From: Gemmatimonadales bacterium
Lineage (GTDB): Bacteria > Gemmatimonadota > Gemmatimonadetes > Gemmatimonadales > GWC2-71-9
Direction: 5' to 3'
Assembly: GCA_039934355.1 (NCBI GenBank)
Contig: JBDTMI010000016.1
Location: 176-64,175, forward strand
DNA length: 64,000 bases
Every line of letters starts with the position of its first letter. Position 1 is the first letter of the stretch. Below are positions 52,940 to 64,000 of this stretch, piece after piece. The position numbers and the translations under genes were made by a program. The notes beneath the pieces were generated by a model. That model was given only the letters and a program-made list of their open reading frames with translations, made no database searches and was not told the DNA's origin.

Positions 52940-53914
52940 CTAGAACCGCAGGGCGATACCCGCTCCACCGTAGAACCGACCCGAGGCAGGGTCGACCCGC
53001 TCGAAGATCGTGGTCAGCTTCTCCTTGCCCCCGAGCTGATAGCCGCCCTCGCCCCACAGGCTGATCGGCCCGAGCTCGAATGCGGCGTTGAGGGTCGTGA
53101 TGATCCGCGACGTGCTCAGCTTGACGGCAATCGTTGAGTCGGTCGCCGAGGTCGAATCGTGCCAGCTCACGCTGCCCGCCCCCTTCAAGAGGTCCATTCC
53201 CGCGCCGGCGGCGAGGGTCAGGAACTTCACCTTCCCGCCGACCATCAGGCGCACATTGATGGCGGAGAGGTTGGTGGCGATCGAAAGCTGGTCGCCGGCG
53301 GCGAGGTCGCCGAAACGGAGGGTGGGCAAGTCGCGCTTGATGACACTGAGCGAGACCATGGGCTTCGGGGCGGGCATCACCAGCGCCGCCCGGACGCCGA
53401 AGCCCAGCCCGAGCGCGATCGAGCCGATCTTCCGGGCGTTCTGATCGACACGGTACCGGGTGGAGACCCCCGTCGGCAGGAGCACGGTCGAGCCCAGCAG
53501 ATCGATCGACGCCGTACCGAGTGCCAGTTTCTTGCTGAGCAACCCGATCGACAGATCCAGCCGCGGAACCGGGATCAGGAGCCGCTTGTCCGCCTGGACC
53601 GTGTCACTCACCCCGTCATACGAGGTGGATGGCAGCGTCGCAGTCGCGAAGCCCACCCGTGCCGCGAGGCGGAACTTGCCGAATTTTCCCAGCGCGCCCG
53701 CCGTCCCGGGCACCGGATTCCCGCCACCCACCAGCACCCCTTCCAGCGGCAGGAAGAGCGTGAGTGCATCGGCGCCCGCCTGACAGATGCGGGCACTGCT
53801 GGTGCTATCGACGGGGCAGCTCTCGACCTGGGCGGCGAGCGGAGCGGCAAGGAACAGTGGCACGAGGACGGCAAGAATCGGCAACGCTGATGGCGCGAAT
53901 ACGCGGGAGGTCAT
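52940..53914 (-). CDS. Putative outer-membrane beta-barrel protein (paralog 1)
   Basis: Signal peptide; Cys pair; GGNPVPG; alternating beta strands; ends GIALRF. Confidence 0.7.
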   Translation of the reverse strand: MTSRVFAPSALPILAVLVPLFLAAPLAAQVESCPVDSTSSARICQAGADALTLFLPLEGVLVGGGNPVPGTAGALGKFGKFRLAARVGFATATLPSTSYDGVSDTVQADKRLLIPVPRLDLSIGLLSKKLALGTASIDLLGSTVLLPTGVSTRYRVDQNARKIGSIALGLGFGVRAALVMPAPKPMVSLSVIKRDLPTLRFGDLAAGDQLSIATNLSAINVRLMVGGKVKFLTLAAGAGMDLLKGAGSVSWHDSTSATDSTIAVKLSTSRIITTLNAAFELGPISLWGEGGYQLGGKEKLTTIFERVDPASGRFYGGAGIALRF

Positions 53915-53969
53915 ACCTGCAGTATCGGCCGCGGCAGCATGAAGGATGAGGGCAGGGCCACCAACGCAA

Positions 53970-53999
53970 GGCGGGGTCGACGATCCCGTCGACCCCGCC
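53970..53999. terminator. Perfect 13-bp hairpin between the paralogs
   Basis: ggcggggtcgacg-atcc-cgtcgaccccgcc. Confidence 0.7.
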
Positions 54000-54018
54000 G
54001 GACTGCGACCTGGTGCTG

Positions 54019-54999
54019 CTAGAACGCCAGTCGGATGCCGGCACCGGCAAACAGGCGCTTGTCCTTGGGGTTGTTGCCTGCGAACGTCGTCGAGAGCGAC
54101 TGGTCCTTCCCAAGCTGATAGCCGGCCTCCGCGCCGATCTTGAAGATCGGGAAATCAAGCGCCGCGGTCAGAAACGCCATCGTCCGAGTATTGTCGAGCT
54201 TGATCCCGTTGATCGTCTGTGCCGGAAGCACGCCACCGTTGGGCACGAAGCCGATGTTGGCCGTCCCGGTGTACTTGTCCCAGCCAATCCCGGCGCCAAT
54301 GTTGAACACGGCGAGCTTGTACCCTGCCACGGCCCGCAGATTGGTCGCGTGCAGGTCGAGACTGTAGCTGTAGTTGTCGCCGCCGGTCGTCACGTCGCCG
54401 TAGGTGATCCGCGGAATATCCCGCCGCATCACCGAAACGGTCAGCGACGGGATGATCGCCTTGCCGGGAAACACGCCGACCCGCGCGCCGTACCCCAACC
54501 CCAAGGCAATCGACCCGATCTTTCTGGCCTTCGGGTCGACGGTGAGGTTGTCAATCGCCTTGGTCGGCAGAAGCTGGGCCGAGCCCAGCAGGTCCAGCGC
54601 GAGGAAGCCGTTCATGCCCTTGAAGAGACCGAGTGCGCCCTCGACCAGCGGGGCCGGTGCGAAAATCTTGGTATCCTGTGCGACCGTGGTACCGTTGCCG
54701 TCATAGTTGAGGTCGGGCGTCCGGAGCTGAGTCGCGTTGACCCGTGCCGTCAGGGAAAAATGCCCCAGGCCGCCGAGGGGGCGGACGCTTCCGAGGACCG
54801 GGTTGCCACCGCTCACCAGCAGGCCGGCCACCGGATGAAAGATCTGGGTGCCGTCAATGGCGGCATTGCAGATATTGTAGTCCTGGGGAGTGAACCCGAC
54901 GCCCTGGTACGGGGCGCACTCGGGGTTCTGTGCCGCAGCCGACGCAGCAAACAGCAGGAGACCAGTGGAGGCCAGCAGGCAGGGACGCAGGATACGCAT
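54019..54999 (-). CDS. Putative outer-membrane beta-barrel protein (paralog 2)
   Basis: ATG at 54999 (MRILRPCLLAS); Cys pair; GGNPVLG; ends GIRLAF. Confidence 0.72.
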   Translation of the reverse strand: MRILRPCLLASTGLLLFAASAAAQNPECAPYQGVGFTPQDYNICNAAIDGTQIFHPVAGLLVSGGNPVLGSVRPLGGLGHFSLTARVNATQLRTPDLNYDGNGTTVAQDTKIFAPAPLVEGALGLFKGMNGFLALDLLGSAQLLPTKAIDNLTVDPKARKIGSIALGLGYGARVGVFPGKAIIPSLTVSVMRRDIPRITYGDVTTGGDNYSYSLDLHATNLRAVAGYKLAVFNIGAGIGWDKYTGTANIGFVPNGGVLPAQTINGIKLDNTRTMAFLTAALDFPIFKIGAEAGYQLGKDQSLSTTFAGNNPKDKRLFAGAGIRLAF

Positions 55000-55025
55000 G
55001 GTTTCCATCCTTGCAGTGGTGTGTC

Positions 55026-56051
55026 TCAGGGACTGAATCGCACCCCCCTCGTCCCGCGGCGGATCTCGCCGAGAATCCAGGTAGGCACGCCAGCGGTGCG
55101 AGCGGCATCTTGTGCCGCCGTCACCGCCTCGCGCGGAAGCACGGCAATGAGGCCCACTCCGAGGTTGAAGACATCCCGCATCTCGTCGGTGGAAACCCGC
55201 CCCGCCTCCTGCAGCACGCGGAAGAGTGGCGGCCACTGCCAGCTTGCCGACTCGACCACTGCTTCACACCCGTCGGGCAAGACCCGGACCAGATTGCCCC
55301 CAATGCCGCCGCCGGTGATATGCGCGATGCCGTGCAGGCGCGAGATGACCGGCATCACCGAGCTCACGTAACTCTGGTGCACCGCGAGCAGGGCATCCGC
55401 GACGCTCTGCCCCGTCTCTCCCAGCGGGGCATCCAGTGTGAGGCGCATCACGTCGAAAATCACTCTGCGCGCCAGGGTATAGCCGTTGGTATGGAGGCCG
55501 GTCGAGCCATAGGCAAGCAGCACGTCTCCGGGCTGGATGCGATCTCCGTGCAGGGCCTCTTTTTCCTCCACCACACCAATAATCGTCCCCGCCAGGTCAA
55601 AATTGCCGGGTTGGTACAGCCCGGGCATCTGGGCCGTTTCTCCGCCGGCGAGGGCCATCTCGTGTGCGCGGCAGCCGCGGGCCACCCCTGCGACGATCTC
55701 CGCGATCTGCTGCACCGACAATCCGGTGCCAGCGACATAGTCCATGAACGCCAGAGGTCGGGCGCCATGAACCAGGATGTCGTTGACACCGTGATTGACG
55801 AGGTCTTCGCCGACCGTATCGAAACGCTGCGCCTGCAACGCCACGAGCACCTTGGTCCCCACGCCATCGGTGCTCATGACCAGGACCGGGCTCTGCATTC
55901 CGGGCGGGACGCGCACCATGCCGCCAAAGGCGCCGACCAGGCCGACGGAGAACTGGGTACGGGTGCCGGCGACGAGCTCTCCGATCCGGGCCTTGGCGGC
56001 ATCGCTGCTCTGGAGGTCGACACCGGCGGCGGCGTATTGGCGCTCGGTCAT
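55026..56051 (-). CDS. purM: Phosphoribosylformylglycinamidine cyclo-ligase
   Basis: YAAAGVD, STDGVGTK, GGETA, GLHTNGY, AHITGGG, FNLGVG. Confidence 0.97.
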   Translation of the reverse strand: MTERQYAAAGVDLQSSDAAKARIGELVAGTRTQFSVGLVGAFGGMVRVPPGMQSPVLVMSTDGVGTKVLVALQAQRFDTVGEDLVNHGVNDILVHGARPLAFMDYVAGTGLSVQQIAEIVAGVARGCRAHEMALAGGETAQMPGLYQPGNFDLAGTIIGVVEEKEALHGDRIQPGDVLLAYGSTGLHTNGYTLARRVIFDVMRLTLDAPLGETGQSVADALLAVHQSYVSSVMPVISRLHGIAHITGGGIGGNLVRVLPDGCEAVVESASWQWPPLFRVLQEAGRVSTDEMRDVFNLGVGLIAVLPREAVTAAQDAARTAGVPTWILGEIRRGTRGVRFSP

Positions 56052-56968
56052 CCGATCGGCTCCGCAAGATCGACGTGAGTGAGGTCCCGAAAACTTTCGA
56101 CCCGGGCCTGCAGCGACTCGCGCGTCACACCGTCAAAACCGCCAATACCGAACTTCGCGACGGCGAACGATCCCATGGCGGTGCCGTACACCATCGCACG
56201 ACGCATCACGGCGCTGGAGGCCTCACCGGTGCGTGCGATATAGCCCAGGACGCCACCAGCAAAACAGTCGCCGGCGCCGGTGGGGTCGAACACTTCCTCC
56301 AGCGGAAAGGCAGGGGCATAGAACCGACTGCCCGGCTCCACCAGCAGCGCCCCATGCTCGCCCCGCTTCACGATGACACGCCGGGCGCCCTGCGCCAGGG
56401 CCCAGTTCGCGGCACGGGGGACATTCCAGTCACCGGCGAGCTGACGCAGCTCCTCGTCATTGATGATGAGCAGGTCGACCCGCTTGATGACTTTCATCAG
56501 CGCGTCCCGCTTGCTCTCGATCCAGTAATTCATGGTATCGCATGCAACCAGCTTCGGGGCCTCCATCTGGTCGAGCACCCGGAGCTGCAGTTCGGGATCG
56601 ATGTTGCCGAGGAAGACGAAGGGCGTTTGGCGGAAGCCGGTCGGCAACTTCGGCTCGAACCCGCCGAAGACGCCGAGTCGGGTCTCCAGCGTTTCTCGGC
56701 TGGAGAGATCAAAACTGTACTTTCCCTTCCAGCGAAAACTCTCGCCCTTCAGTCGCTCCACTCCGCTCCAGTCGATGCCCCGCGGGCTCAGCTTGTCCAG
56801 CTCCGCGACCGGATAGTCGTCGCCCACGACGCCGACGACCTGTACTCCGGTGAGCAGCGACGCCGCGACGCTGAAGTACACCGCCGAGCCGCCCAGGCTG
56901 TCGGTCACGTCGCCGAACGGCGTGCTGATGGAATCGAGCGCCACACTGCCTACGACGAGCAAACGCAT
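56048..56968 (-). CDS. PfkB family carbohydrate/nucleoside kinase
   Basis: GSVALD, LGGSA, DPTGAGDCFAGG. Confidence 0.92.
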   Translation of the reverse strand: MRLLVVGSVALDSISTPFGDVTDSLGGSAVYFSVAASLLTGVQVVGVVGDDYPVAELDKLSPRGIDWSGVERLKGESFRWKGKYSFDLSSRETLETRLGVFGGFEPKLPTGFRQTPFVFLGNIDPELQLRVLDQMEAPKLVACDTMNYWIESKRDALMKVIKRVDLLIINDEELRQLAGDWNVPRAANWALAQGARRVIVKRGEHGALLVEPGSRFYAPAFPLEEVFDPTGAGDCFAGGVLGYIARTGEASSAVMRRAMVYGTAMGSFAVAKFGIGGFDGVTRESLQARVESFRDLTHVDLAEPIG

Positions 56969-56972
56969 CCGG

Positions 56973-58604
56973 TCACATCCGATCAGGCGCGGTAAGGCCA
57001 AGCAGTGAGAGTCCGTTGGACAGCACGATACGGGCGGCCCGAGCCAACGCCAGACGGGCCGCTTCGGTCGCTGGAGGCTCGCCCAGGACGCGACAATGGT
57101 GGTACCAACCGTGCGAGATGCGGGCGAGGTCTTCGAGATAATCGGTGACCCGATGCGGCTCCCGGGTCCGGGCCGCCTTCGCGACGACTTCGGGGAAGAC
57201 GGCGAGCTTCTTGAGCAGCTCCATGTCCTGTTCGACCGGCAGCGCCTCGAGTTCGATGTCGCCGGTCGCCGATTCCACCGCCCGGCCCGCGACGCGGAAG
57301 ATCCCGCTCATCCTGGCGTGCGCCATCTGCACGTAGAAGATCGGGTTCTCGTCGGTCTGCTTCCGGGCGAGATCCACATCGAAGGTGAACGGCGACTGGC
57401 CCTGGCGCATGAGGAAGAAATAGCGCGCCGCGTCAAGGCCCACCCAGTCGAACAGGTCACGCAGCGCGACGAAGTCTCCGGCGCGCTTCGACATCCGCAC
57501 CTCTTCTCCGTCCCGCACCACCTTGACCAGCTGGACCAGCACGACCTCAAAAAATTCCTCGGCGTAGCCCACCGCCCGAAGCGCGGAACGCATCCGCGGG
57601 ATGTAGCCGTGATGGTCGGCACCCCAGACGTCGATGACCCGGTCGAATCCCCGCTCGTGCTTGTCGATGTGATAGGCGATGTCCGGAACAAAGTAGGTCA
57701 GGCTGCCATCGCTCTTTCGCAGCACCCGATCCTTGTCATCACCGAAATCGCTGGTGCGGAGGAACAGGGCGCCCTCCTGCTCGTAGGTGAGCTTCCGCTC
57801 GGCGAGGAGCGCGAGCGCGCTCTCGACCTTGCCGTCATCGCGGACCGCCTGCTCCGACGACCAGCGATCGAACCGGACCCCGAGCAGGCCGAGCAGTTCC
57901 TCCTGCTCGGCGCGAATCCTGACCGGAGCCACCCGGCAGCGCACCAGCAGCTCCTCATCCGAAAGCGTCGCCAGGTCCGGCTGATCGAGCAGCAGGACAT
58001 CGGCGAGTTCCACGAGGTACTGGCCATGGTAGCCGCCCTCGGGGATCTCGCCCGACCGACCCAGCTTTTGCCGGATCCGCGCATGCAGGCTCTGGATCAC
58101 CCGTTCGATCTGGACGCCGGCGTCGTTGATGTAGAACTCGCGGGTCACGGTGTGCCCGGTCCAGTCGAGCAGTTCGGCGATCGCATCGCCCATCGCCGCA
58201 CCACGTCCATGGCCGACGTGCAGCGGCCCGGTCGGATTGGCGGACACGAACTCGACGTTGACCCGTTGCCCCGCACCGAACGTCTGCCTCCCGTACTCGG
58301 CACCGGTATCGATGATGGTCCGCAGCAGCGTCGCCAGCGCATCCTGCGCCAGCCAGAAGTTGATGAAGCCCGGGCCGGCGATCTCGACCTTTGAGACGTC
58401 GGAGGCCGGGATCTCGAGCAGCGCGATGACCTTCGCCGCAACGGCCCGCGGATTGGTCTTCTGCTGCTTCGCCAGCACCATGGCGAGGTTGGTGCTCAAG
58501 TCACCGTGGCCACCATCGCGAGGCCGCTCCAGCACGAAGGTCGCGTCAGGCGCGTCGAGCGCCGCGGCAACCCGCACCAGCTCGGCGCGGATCAGGTCGC
58601 TCAC
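56973..58604 (-). CDS. argS: Arginine--tRNA ligase
   Basis: AGPGFINF, EFVSANPTGPLHVGHGR, WGADHHGY, MSKRAG, YVQMAHAR, APDRM end. Confidence 0.97.
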   Translation of the reverse strand: MSDLIRAELVRVAAALDAPDATFVLERPRDGGHGDLSTNLAMVLAKQQKTNPRAVAAKVIALLEIPASDVSKVEIAGPGFINFWLAQDALATLLRTIIDTGAEYGRQTFGAGQRVNVEFVSANPTGPLHVGHGRGAAMGDAIAELLDWTGHTVTREFYINDAGVQIERVIQSLHARIRQKLGRSGEIPEGGYHGQYLVELADVLLLDQPDLATLSDEELLVRCRVAPVRIRAEQEELLGLLGVRFDRWSSEQAVRDDGKVESALALLAERKLTYEQEGALFLRTSDFGDDKDRVLRKSDGSLTYFVPDIAYHIDKHERGFDRVIDVWGADHHGYIPRMRSALRAVGYAEEFFEVVLVQLVKVVRDGEEVRMSKRAGDFVALRDLFDWVGLDAARYFFLMRQGQSPFTFDVDLARKQTDENPIFYVQMAHARMSGIFRVAGRAVESATGDIELEALPVEQDMELLKKLAVFPEVVAKAARTREPHRVTDYLEDLARISHGWYHHCRVLGEPPATEAARLALARAARIVLSNGLSLLGLTAPDRM

Positions 58605-58942
58605 TCCTTGGCCTTCTTGGTGGCGGGCTTGGGTGACGGCTTCTCGGCTGCTGCCGGTTTCGCCTCAGACGTGGTCTCGGCCTTCGCGGCCGGAGCGGCA
58701 TCAGTCTTGGGGGCATTGTCGGGCTTGGACGGTGCGTCGGCCTCCTTGCGGGGACCCTTGCCGTCCTTGCCATAGTCGGTGATGTAGAAGCCGCTCCCCT
58801 TGAAGACGAGCCCCGCGCCGCCGGAAATCTGCCGACTGGCCGGCTTGCCACACTTCGGGCAGCGGGCTTTGGGCTTGTCCGACATTTTCTGGATCAGATC
58901 GAAGTGGTGCCCGGCGGGGCAGAGATACTCGTACGTCGGCAT
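58601..58942 (-). CDS. FmdB family zinc-ribbon protein with K/A/P-rich tail
   Basis: MPTYEYLC..GH.F, CPKCG, FKGSGFYITDY. Confidence 0.93.
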   Translation of the reverse strand: MPTYEYLCPAGHHFDLIQKMSDKPKARCPKCGKPASRQISGGAGLVFKGSGFYITDYGKDGKGPRKEADAPSKPDNAPKTDAAPAAKAETTSEAKPAAAEKPSPKPATKKAKE

Positions 58943-59016
58943 CGTTGGCAGTGTCCTAAGAGAAACAAGCGCAAGATCTTAGCGGGTTTGGGCGGGCGAT
59001 TCAAGCGGGGGAGGTG

Positions 59017-59161
59017 GGCGATTGGGTTAAGAGGCGATTGGGCGAGTAGGCGGTTGGGCGAGTGGGCGGTTGGACGGTTAGGCGGTGTGGCCGGTGGGCG
59101 AGTGGGCGGTTCGCGAGCAGAGAGGCTGAACGCTGAACGCTTTGCGCTGATGGCTGACGGC
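59017..59161. repeat. Octamer array (GGCGRKTR-like, about 11 units) followed by heptamer array (GCTGANN-like) x5
   Basis: ggcgattg ggcgagta ggcggttg ggcgagtg ggcggttg... at 59033-59112; gctgaac gctgaac gctttgc gctgatg gctgacg at 59125-59159, next to a stop codon. Confidence 0.9.
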
Positions 59162-60292
59162 TCAGTCCCCCGCGCGGATCTTGCGCGACGCACGGTCCAG
59201 CGCGATCACAACGTCAGGCGCCACATTGTGCTTGCGGGCTCGTGCAAGTGCGCCCAGCGCGCGCTTTGCCGACTTTCCGATACTGCCCAGGGCGTCGGCC
59301 GTTGCAACCAGCAGGTCGTGACCTCCCTCCAGCTCATCGGTGGTCTCGAGGACCCGGATCAGCGCCGGCACCGCCTTCTTCCCAGCCGGTCCCATCAACC
59401 TGAGTCCGTGGGCGGCCTCGATCCGGGCGGCCATGCGCTCCGAGGTCAGCGCCTGACCCAGCGCCGGGGCGGCGCGCGCACCGATCCCGGCCAGCGCCGC
59501 CGCCGCGATCGCTCGCAGTGAATCACCGCCATCGAACAGGACCGAGAGCAGACTGGGAACCGCGTCGGCGGCGGAGGAACCAATCCGGCCCAGGGCGTAA
59601 CTGTATTGCTCGACCCGCGCACGCTGCGCCGGCACACGCAGCTCCGGGTCGCGGCGCAACTCCTCCCGCAATGCATTGACGAGCGGCTTGACCGCCGGCT
59701 TTGCCTCGGCCCCGAGCCGACCCAGCGCCCAGCCGGCGGAGGCGCGCACCCAGAGCGAGTCGTCGCCCAGCAGGCGGGCAAGTTCCTTCACCGTGTTGCC
59801 GCTGAGCCCACCGATGGCTCCGATTGCTTCGGCGGCGTTGGCCCGGACCCAGGGATCCGGGCTCCGCAGGGCGGGCGTCAGCGCGGGAAGCGCGGCCGGC
59901 CCGATCGCCTCCAGGGCGGCACGGGCCGAGAGCTGCACTCGTCGCACATCATCGGTGAGCACGACCAGCAGCGCTGGCACCGCTTCCCGTGCCGCCGGCC
60001 CGATGCGCCGGATCGCCTCGACTGACCAGAAGCGGACGTCTTCCGTGTCATCCCGGGTTGCCCTGAGCAGCACCGGGAGGGCCGCGCGACCGCCCGGCCC
60101 CAGTGCGGCAATCGCCCGCACGGCTTCACACCGCAAATCGGGGATGTAGTGATCGGCCTGGGTGATCCACTCGCTCAGGGGCCGCCCACGACTGTACACC
60201 GAGGTCGCCTGCGCTGCACCCTGCGCCGGCAGCCGGGTGACGAAGGTGAGCACCGCAAATGCAATGAGGGGAGCACGAAGAAGGATGCGCAT
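59162..60292 (-). CDS. HEAT-repeat protein with predicted signal peptide
   Basis: Repeats of the type VR..AA.ALG.IG..A..AVP.L; N-terminus MRILLRAPLIAFAVLTF. Confidence 0.88.
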   Translation of the reverse strand: MRILLRAPLIAFAVLTFVTRLPAQGAAQATSVYSRGRPLSEWITQADHYIPDLRCEAVRAIAALGPGGRAALPVLLRATRDDTEDVRFWSVEAIRRIGPAAREAVPALLVVLTDDVRRVQLSARAALEAIGPAALPALTPALRSPDPWVRANAAEAIGAIGGLSGNTVKELARLLGDDSLWVRASAGWALGRLGAEAKPAVKPLVNALREELRRDPELRVPAQRARVEQYSYALGRIGSSAADAVPSLLSVLFDGGDSLRAIAAAALAGIGARAAPALGQALTSERMAARIEAAHGLRLMGPAGKKAVPALIRVLETTDELEGGHDLLVATADALGSIGKSAKRALGALARARKHNVAPDVVIALDRASRKIRAGD

Positions 60293-60472
60293 GGGATGGA
60301 CGCCCCCCAGCACCGCGGAAGGCCCTAAAGCGTGTGACGTCCCATCCCTGGGGCGAGAGTGGCGACTGCGAGGAACAAGCTACCTCTGGCATCGAACCCG
60401 TGCCAGAGGACCCTTCCCGGCTGGAAGGTGGACGGATATGCTTGGCCCAAACCAAACCCCACCGGAGCCCTC

Positions 60473-61186
60473 GTGATCGACCGTCGCCTGGCCCTCGCCA
60501 CGCTGCTGGCCCTCGCCCCCGCCTCGTCCCTCGTCGCCCAGAACTATCGGGAGGTTCCCGACGATCCCGGCGCCAGGAACTATGCCGGGCTCAATCTGCA
60601 GCTCGCATTTCCACAGGGGGAGTTCAAGCAGTTTGTGGGCACCGGTTACGGCGCCAGCGGCGATGTGACCTTCATGCTGGATCGGTCGGGGCAGGCCGGG
60701 CTCCGCATCTTCTTGTCGTGGATCGAGTACGGCCGGACCACGCAGCAGGTCTCCTTTCCGTCGCTGCCCGGACTCTTTGTGGACCTCACGACCGCCAACG
60801 ACATCTTCACCCTCGGCGTAGGTCCGGAGTTCCACCTGACCCGCGGCGCCCTGCGGCCCTATGTAAACGGATTCTTTGGCCTCTCGATGTTTACCACGAC
60901 GACCAGCGCGTCGGGAACTTCCAACTCCTCACCCTTCGCCGAGTCGGAGAACTTCAACGATGTCACCTTCGCCTACGCCGGCGGCGGGGGGCTCCTGTTC
61001 CAGGTATCTCATGGCCGCAAGCCGGTCTTCCTCGACGCCGGTATCCGGTATCAGCGCCATGGCACCACCCGGTACCTGCGCGAAGGCAGCATTCAAACAA
61101 CGCCGGGCGGCAACGTGATCATCAACCCGATCGAGAGCAAGACGGACCTGCTGGTAGTCCATGCCGGGGTGCAGTTCGCGTTCTAG
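60473..61186 (+). CDS. Outer-membrane beta-barrel protein (OmpA-TM/OmpW-like)
   Basis: GGAG SD plus GTG; signal peptide; RPYVNG; ends GVQFAF. Confidence 0.8.
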   Translation: MIDRRLALATLLALAPASSLVAQNYREVPDDPGARNYAGLNLQLAFPQGEFKQFVGTGYGASGDVTFMLDRSGQAGLRIFLSWIEYGRTTQQVSFPSLPGLFVDLTTANDIFTLGVGPEFHLTRGALRPYVNGFFGLSMFTTTTSASGTSNSSPFAESENFNDVTFAYAGGGGLLFQVSHGRKPVFLDAGIRYQRHGTTRYLREGSIQTTPGGNVIINPIESKTDLLVVHAGVQFAF

Positions 61187-61282
61187 TCCCGTCACATCCT
61201 CCTGTTCAACATGTCCATCGCGCCACCCATCGGGTCGCCGTCGGGCAGTTTCCCCTCACGGCGCCCAGGATACGGTCAGGAA

Positions 61283-62773
<1,491 letters not shown>

Positions 62774-62775
62774 GC

Positions 62776-63792
62776 TCAGGCCTCTCCCTGACGGCGCAGC
62801 GTGTCGGCGACGTATCCCACATCCTCCCGCGAGCCGATCACCAGCGGCGTCCGCTCGTGCAGATCGACCGGCACAAGATCGAGGATGCGACGTACCCCAT
62901 CGGTCGCCGAACCGCCGGCCTGCTCCGCAATGAACGCCATGGGCGACGCCTCGTACAACAGGCGCAGCTTGCCCTTGGGATTCCGGGTATCGGCGGGGTA
63001 CAGGAAGATGCCGCCCGCGATCAGGTTGCGGTGGAAGTCAGCGACCAGTGAGCCGATGTAGCGACTGTTCTTGCCCTTGATCTCCTCGGGCCGGTCGCCG
63101 TGGAAGCCGCGGACGGCCCACTGAGTGCCTTTGCTCCACCGGGCGAAATTGCTCTCGTTGACGCTGTAGTACTTGCCGATGCGCGGCGTCACCAGCTTCG
63201 GATGAGAGAGGAGAAACTCGCCGATGGAGGGATCGAGGGTGAAGCCGGCGACGCCCTGCCCTGTGGTGTAGACCATCATCGTGCTGGAACCGTAGATCAC
63301 GTAGCCGGCCGCGATCTGCTTGCACCCTGGCTGAAGCACGTCCGCCAGCCCCCCCCGCCCTTCGGTGCTGATGCGACGATAGATGCTGAAGATGGTGCCG
63401 ACGGCACCGTTGACGTCGATGTTCGAGGACCCATCGAGCGGATCGAAAAGGACGGTGTACCTGCCCGCCGGGTACTCCGCGGGCACCGGTATCAGTTCCG
63501 CGTCCTCTTCCGACGCCATCACGCAGACTCGCCCGGTGTGGTTGAGTGCGTTTTTCATGGTCTCGTTGGCGAAAACATCCAGCTTCTGCTGTTCCTCGCC
63601 CTGGACATTGGTGTTATCCGCGCTGCCCAGGATGTTCACCAGTCCGGCCCGCCGGATGCTCGCCGCGATGATCTTCGCGGCCAGCGCAATGTCGTAGAGC
63701 AGATAGGACAGTGCGCCGGTCGCCTCGGGGTACTTCTCCTCCTGATCGAGGATGAAGCGTTCGATGGTCGTGACGCGGGTATCAGGGAGCAC
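62776..63792 (-). CDS. fbp: Fructose-1,6-bisphosphatase class 1
   Basis: [45 protein letters not shown] start with AAGGA SD. Confidence 0.96.
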   Translation of the reverse strand: MLPDTRVTTIERFILDQEEKYPEATGALSYLLYDIALAAKIIAASIRRAGLVNILGSADNTNVQGEEQQKLDVFANETMKNALNHTGRVCVMASEEDAELIPVPAEYPAGRYTVLFDPLDGSSNIDVNGAVGTIFSIYRRISTEGRGGLADVLQPGCKQIAAGYVIYGSSTMMVYTTGQGVAGFTLDPSIGEFLLSHPKLVTPRIGKYYSVNESNFARWSKGTQWAVRGFHGDRPEEIKGKNSRYIGSLVADFHRNLIAGGIFLYPADTRNPKGKLRLLYEASPMAFIAEQAGGSATDGVRRILDLVPVDLHERTPLVIGSREDVGYVADTLRRQGEA

Positions 63793-64000
63793 GAGGGGTT
63801 CCTTGGGGTTGGGCACCGACGCCCGCATGGGGCGCCAGGGCAATCGTCTCTGTGGTCCAGCCGGTGTCGAGCCGCAGCGTGTGTCCGTCGGTCCGCACCG
63901 AGAGTGGTCCGTCCTGATCGGTGCGCCAGATCCGCGCACCGGCCCGCTGCAGCCGCTCCAGGACGTCGGCGTGCGGGTGGCCGTAGCCATTGTGCCGCCC
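63782..64000 (-). CDS. comEC: ComEC/Rec2 competence protein, C-terminal fragment (absent from the ORF track)
   Basis: Translated by hand: [39 protein letters not shown]..., the NxYGHP / RTDxxG tail of the ComEC metallo-beta-lactamase domain. Confidence 0.82.
   Translation of the reverse strand, partial: GRHNGYGHPHADVLERLQRAGARIWRTDQDGPLSVRTDGHTLRLDTGWTTETIALAPHAGVGAQPQGTPRAP

Noticed and set aside
58990..59161. CRISPR array
   Set aside because: Units are 7-8 bp and contiguous, with no spacers and no cas genes

Overview
High-GC, gene-dense bacterial chromosome segment. Gene content and order suggest Gemmatimonadota (inference). Nearly all genes lie on the minus strand and many are joined by 4-bp ATGA/GTGA overlaps. 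From left to right: a MoxR/DUF58/Bat (VWA-TPR) operon; rluB-scpB-scpA-site-2 protease; rpsT; a coiled-coil/Pro-rich/zinc-finger protein; pyrR-pyrB-pyrC; msrPQ; two tRNA-Ser genes around an SPFH gene and an ADP-ribosylglycohydrolase; a plus-strand REC-GGDEF plus 1602-aa hybrid kinase pair; prfC, tadA, clpB; selB-recO; a cobalamin riboswitch controlling btuF-C-D-B, followed by a beta-propeller lipoprotein; metK; a complete mannose-family PTS with HPr, EI and HprK; hpf, nusB and the rib operon; two paralogous beta-barrel candidates; purM, pfkB, argS; a methylmalonyl-CoA mutase subunit, fbp and the 3' end of comEC. I saw no integrase, transposase, CRISPR array or rRNA. The least explained signals are: a family of 7-/8-bp tandem repeats at gene junctions (two sites are inverted-arm cassettes); a possibly structured 290-bp spacer after btuB; a SelB with altered motifs; a protease gene with no canonical start codon behind an in-frame ATG...TGA mini-ORF; and several probable leaderless promoters. 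Many start codons were re-picked by eye relative to the ORF track. All family assignments come from motif recognition, not database searches.
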